A DNA stretch of 64,000 nt from the NCBI GenBank assembly GCA_964187785.1, contig OZ076416.1, positions 21,948,001 to 22,012,000 of the forward strand, in the 5' to 3' direction. Position 1 is the stretch's first letter. Each line of letters starts with the position of its first letter. This DNA is from Amphiscolops sp. MND2022. Its lineage: Eukaryota. A model generated the notes under the pieces. It had not been told where the DNA came from and made no database searches. It saw nothing but the letters and a program-made list of their open reading frames with translations. The translations under genes and the position numbers were made by a program. Positions 62,311 to 64,000 of this stretch are shown here, in pieces.

Positions 62311-62898
62311 AGGGAAGAGCCCTTTCGAGTTCCACATTAACCCGAACTTGGTGCCTGTAAGTATTTTATGTTTGTCAAAAATTTTCATCATTCGAGTTAG
62401 AATGATTTTTTTTGAAATTTTTACTCAGTGGAGTCAGTAAACTGATTGGTTTAGAATTATCCAGACGGTTTTTATCTCCGTATTCATGTAATGGCAAAAC
62501 TTTAGTCGTTTTTAGGCAGTCGGGCAATCTTTTCTCTGAATCGGGACTGAATGCCTTTCGGATTTGTCAAGATTAGAATAATCAACCTCCTGCCCATGAG
62601 TCTCGTCCTCTAACCGCTAGATGTACTTGCCAATTAGATGTCAACATGTGGAAACAATTCGGTCCCATCAATCGGATTGAAAAAATATGAAAACCAAATA
62701 CACAGTTTCATATTGCAAATTGAAATGTCATTACTATCAGAGCTTCTTCTCTAGGCGTCAGCTACTAATAATAGTTTCACAACTTTTTGACGAAACGTTA
62801 CTTCGAAGTTAAAAAAAGCTAACTCGATTTTCGTTCAATTGTTGAATATGTTTCCAAATGTTGCTTGCTAAAGTAATTCATTTTTCGTCCATTAATGG

Positions 62899-63315
62899 AC
62901 TGCAATTTTACATCCCTATGGTCTCATGGCTAACTTCATCATGTGCCGCAAAATCAAACGTTCCATGTGGATTTTCTGTTTCTGGAAAAGAAAACGAGCT
63001 CCATGATGAGATATGCAGGATACAAAAATTGCGAAAAGGTCATTCGATACAGCGCCCATGCTTCTTTAACCATGATGACAACAAGCCAACAATTGTGTTC
63101 TTTTTGAACTCCTATTTCAAAAACTTTGGCTTGTTGTCATCATGGTTAAAGAAGCATGGGCGCTGTATCGAATGACTTTTCGCAATTTTTGTATCCTGCA
63201 TATCTCATCATGGAGCTCGTTTTCTTTTCCAGAAACAGAAAATCCACATGCAACGTTTAATTTTGCGGCACATAATGAAGTTAGCCATGAGACCATTGGA
63301 ATGTAATATTGCAGT
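62899..63315. repeat. Long near-perfect inverted repeat (191/190-bp arms, 36-bp spacer)
   Basis: 62899-63089 versus the reverse complement of 63126-63315 shows 6 substitutions and 1 indel by manual alignment. Confidence 0.95.
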
Positions 63316-63824
63316 AAGCATGCAATCGTTAGTCGGGTCAGTCAAAAACTATGGTAACTCATTGACTGACTTTCTATGGATTATTAATACAGAAGAAATT
63401 ATGGAAAAAATTCATATATTTTTTTCTAAATTTCAATTATTTCATGTATTCTGTTTATTTCTGTGTTTCAGTGTTGACCGCGAAACACTGCGTTGCGAAA
63501 CAGTGTAGAGGAACAATTTCTTACGGATCGGTAGATAAAAATGATGGTTAGAGTGTTTTAAAATAGTATCCCAAACGATTATAAAAATCTTTTGATAGAT
63601 TAGCTTCTGCCAATTTTCATAGATGAAGGGCTTCATCATATTTCAATTAAATGATGGTTCACCGTGTTCTATAATCTGCAATCTTCACATTGTGGATGAA
63701 AATCACGACAGTTGATCGAGCTCCGCGGATGTAATTGTCCTACTTTGAAATATTGATTACACTAATGAATGAAGACCTTAGCTGAATCCCAAAATTCAGC
63801 CTACAATGACCTTTTTTGCTCCAG

Positions 63825-64000
63825 GTGACACGTTTCACTTCAGATGCATCAGCGACAGAGTAATCACGAACAAAGAAACAGATTTGGCCATTATCCAACT
63901 AGCCCCTGGCCAGGTTTTCAAGAAAAGTCGCCCTATCGCCATTCCCTATGGGGCGAAAGAGCAACCCGAACAAGGAGACGCAGTGTTTGCCGTGGGATGG
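63825..64000 (+). CDS. Exon of a probable trypsin-like serine protease (catalytic Asp region); runs off the window
   Basis: Acceptor ttttttgctccag, then (G)DTFHFRCISDRVITNKETDLAIIQLAPG..EQGDAVFAVGW. DLAIIQL resembles the S1 DIALLxL motif, and VGW resembles the conserved GWG. Confidence 0.65.

Overview
AT-rich eukaryotic (metazoan-like) genomic scaffold with three N-gaps (10637-10813, 16706-16903, 24440-24639). It is dominated by LTR retrotransposons: three Ty3/Gypsy copies (about 2100-6100 minus, 10814-16705 plus, 43442-58896 minus) and at least three BEL/Pao copies or remnants. It also holds MITE-like inverted-repeat elements, a 3.5 kb tandem duplication and exons of a probable trypsin-family host protease. 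I found no prokaryotic features, rRNA or CRISPR arrays. The standout is the 15.5 kb Gypsy element. Between its integrase and 3' LTR it carries an antisense, multi-intron gene of about 1000 codons, with phase-compatible GT-AG introns, a TTF/BED-like zinc finger and hAT-transposase-like remnants. The same element is studded with a fixed-geometry CATCG-N6-CATCG / CGATG-N9-CATCG motif in its LTRs, its introns, the 3' spacer and the gag-pol linkers. Together these suggest a retrotransposon-encoded, sequence-specific DNA-binding regulator and its target sites (inference; needs HMM, RNA-seq and binding tests). The host taxon cannot be established from this window.
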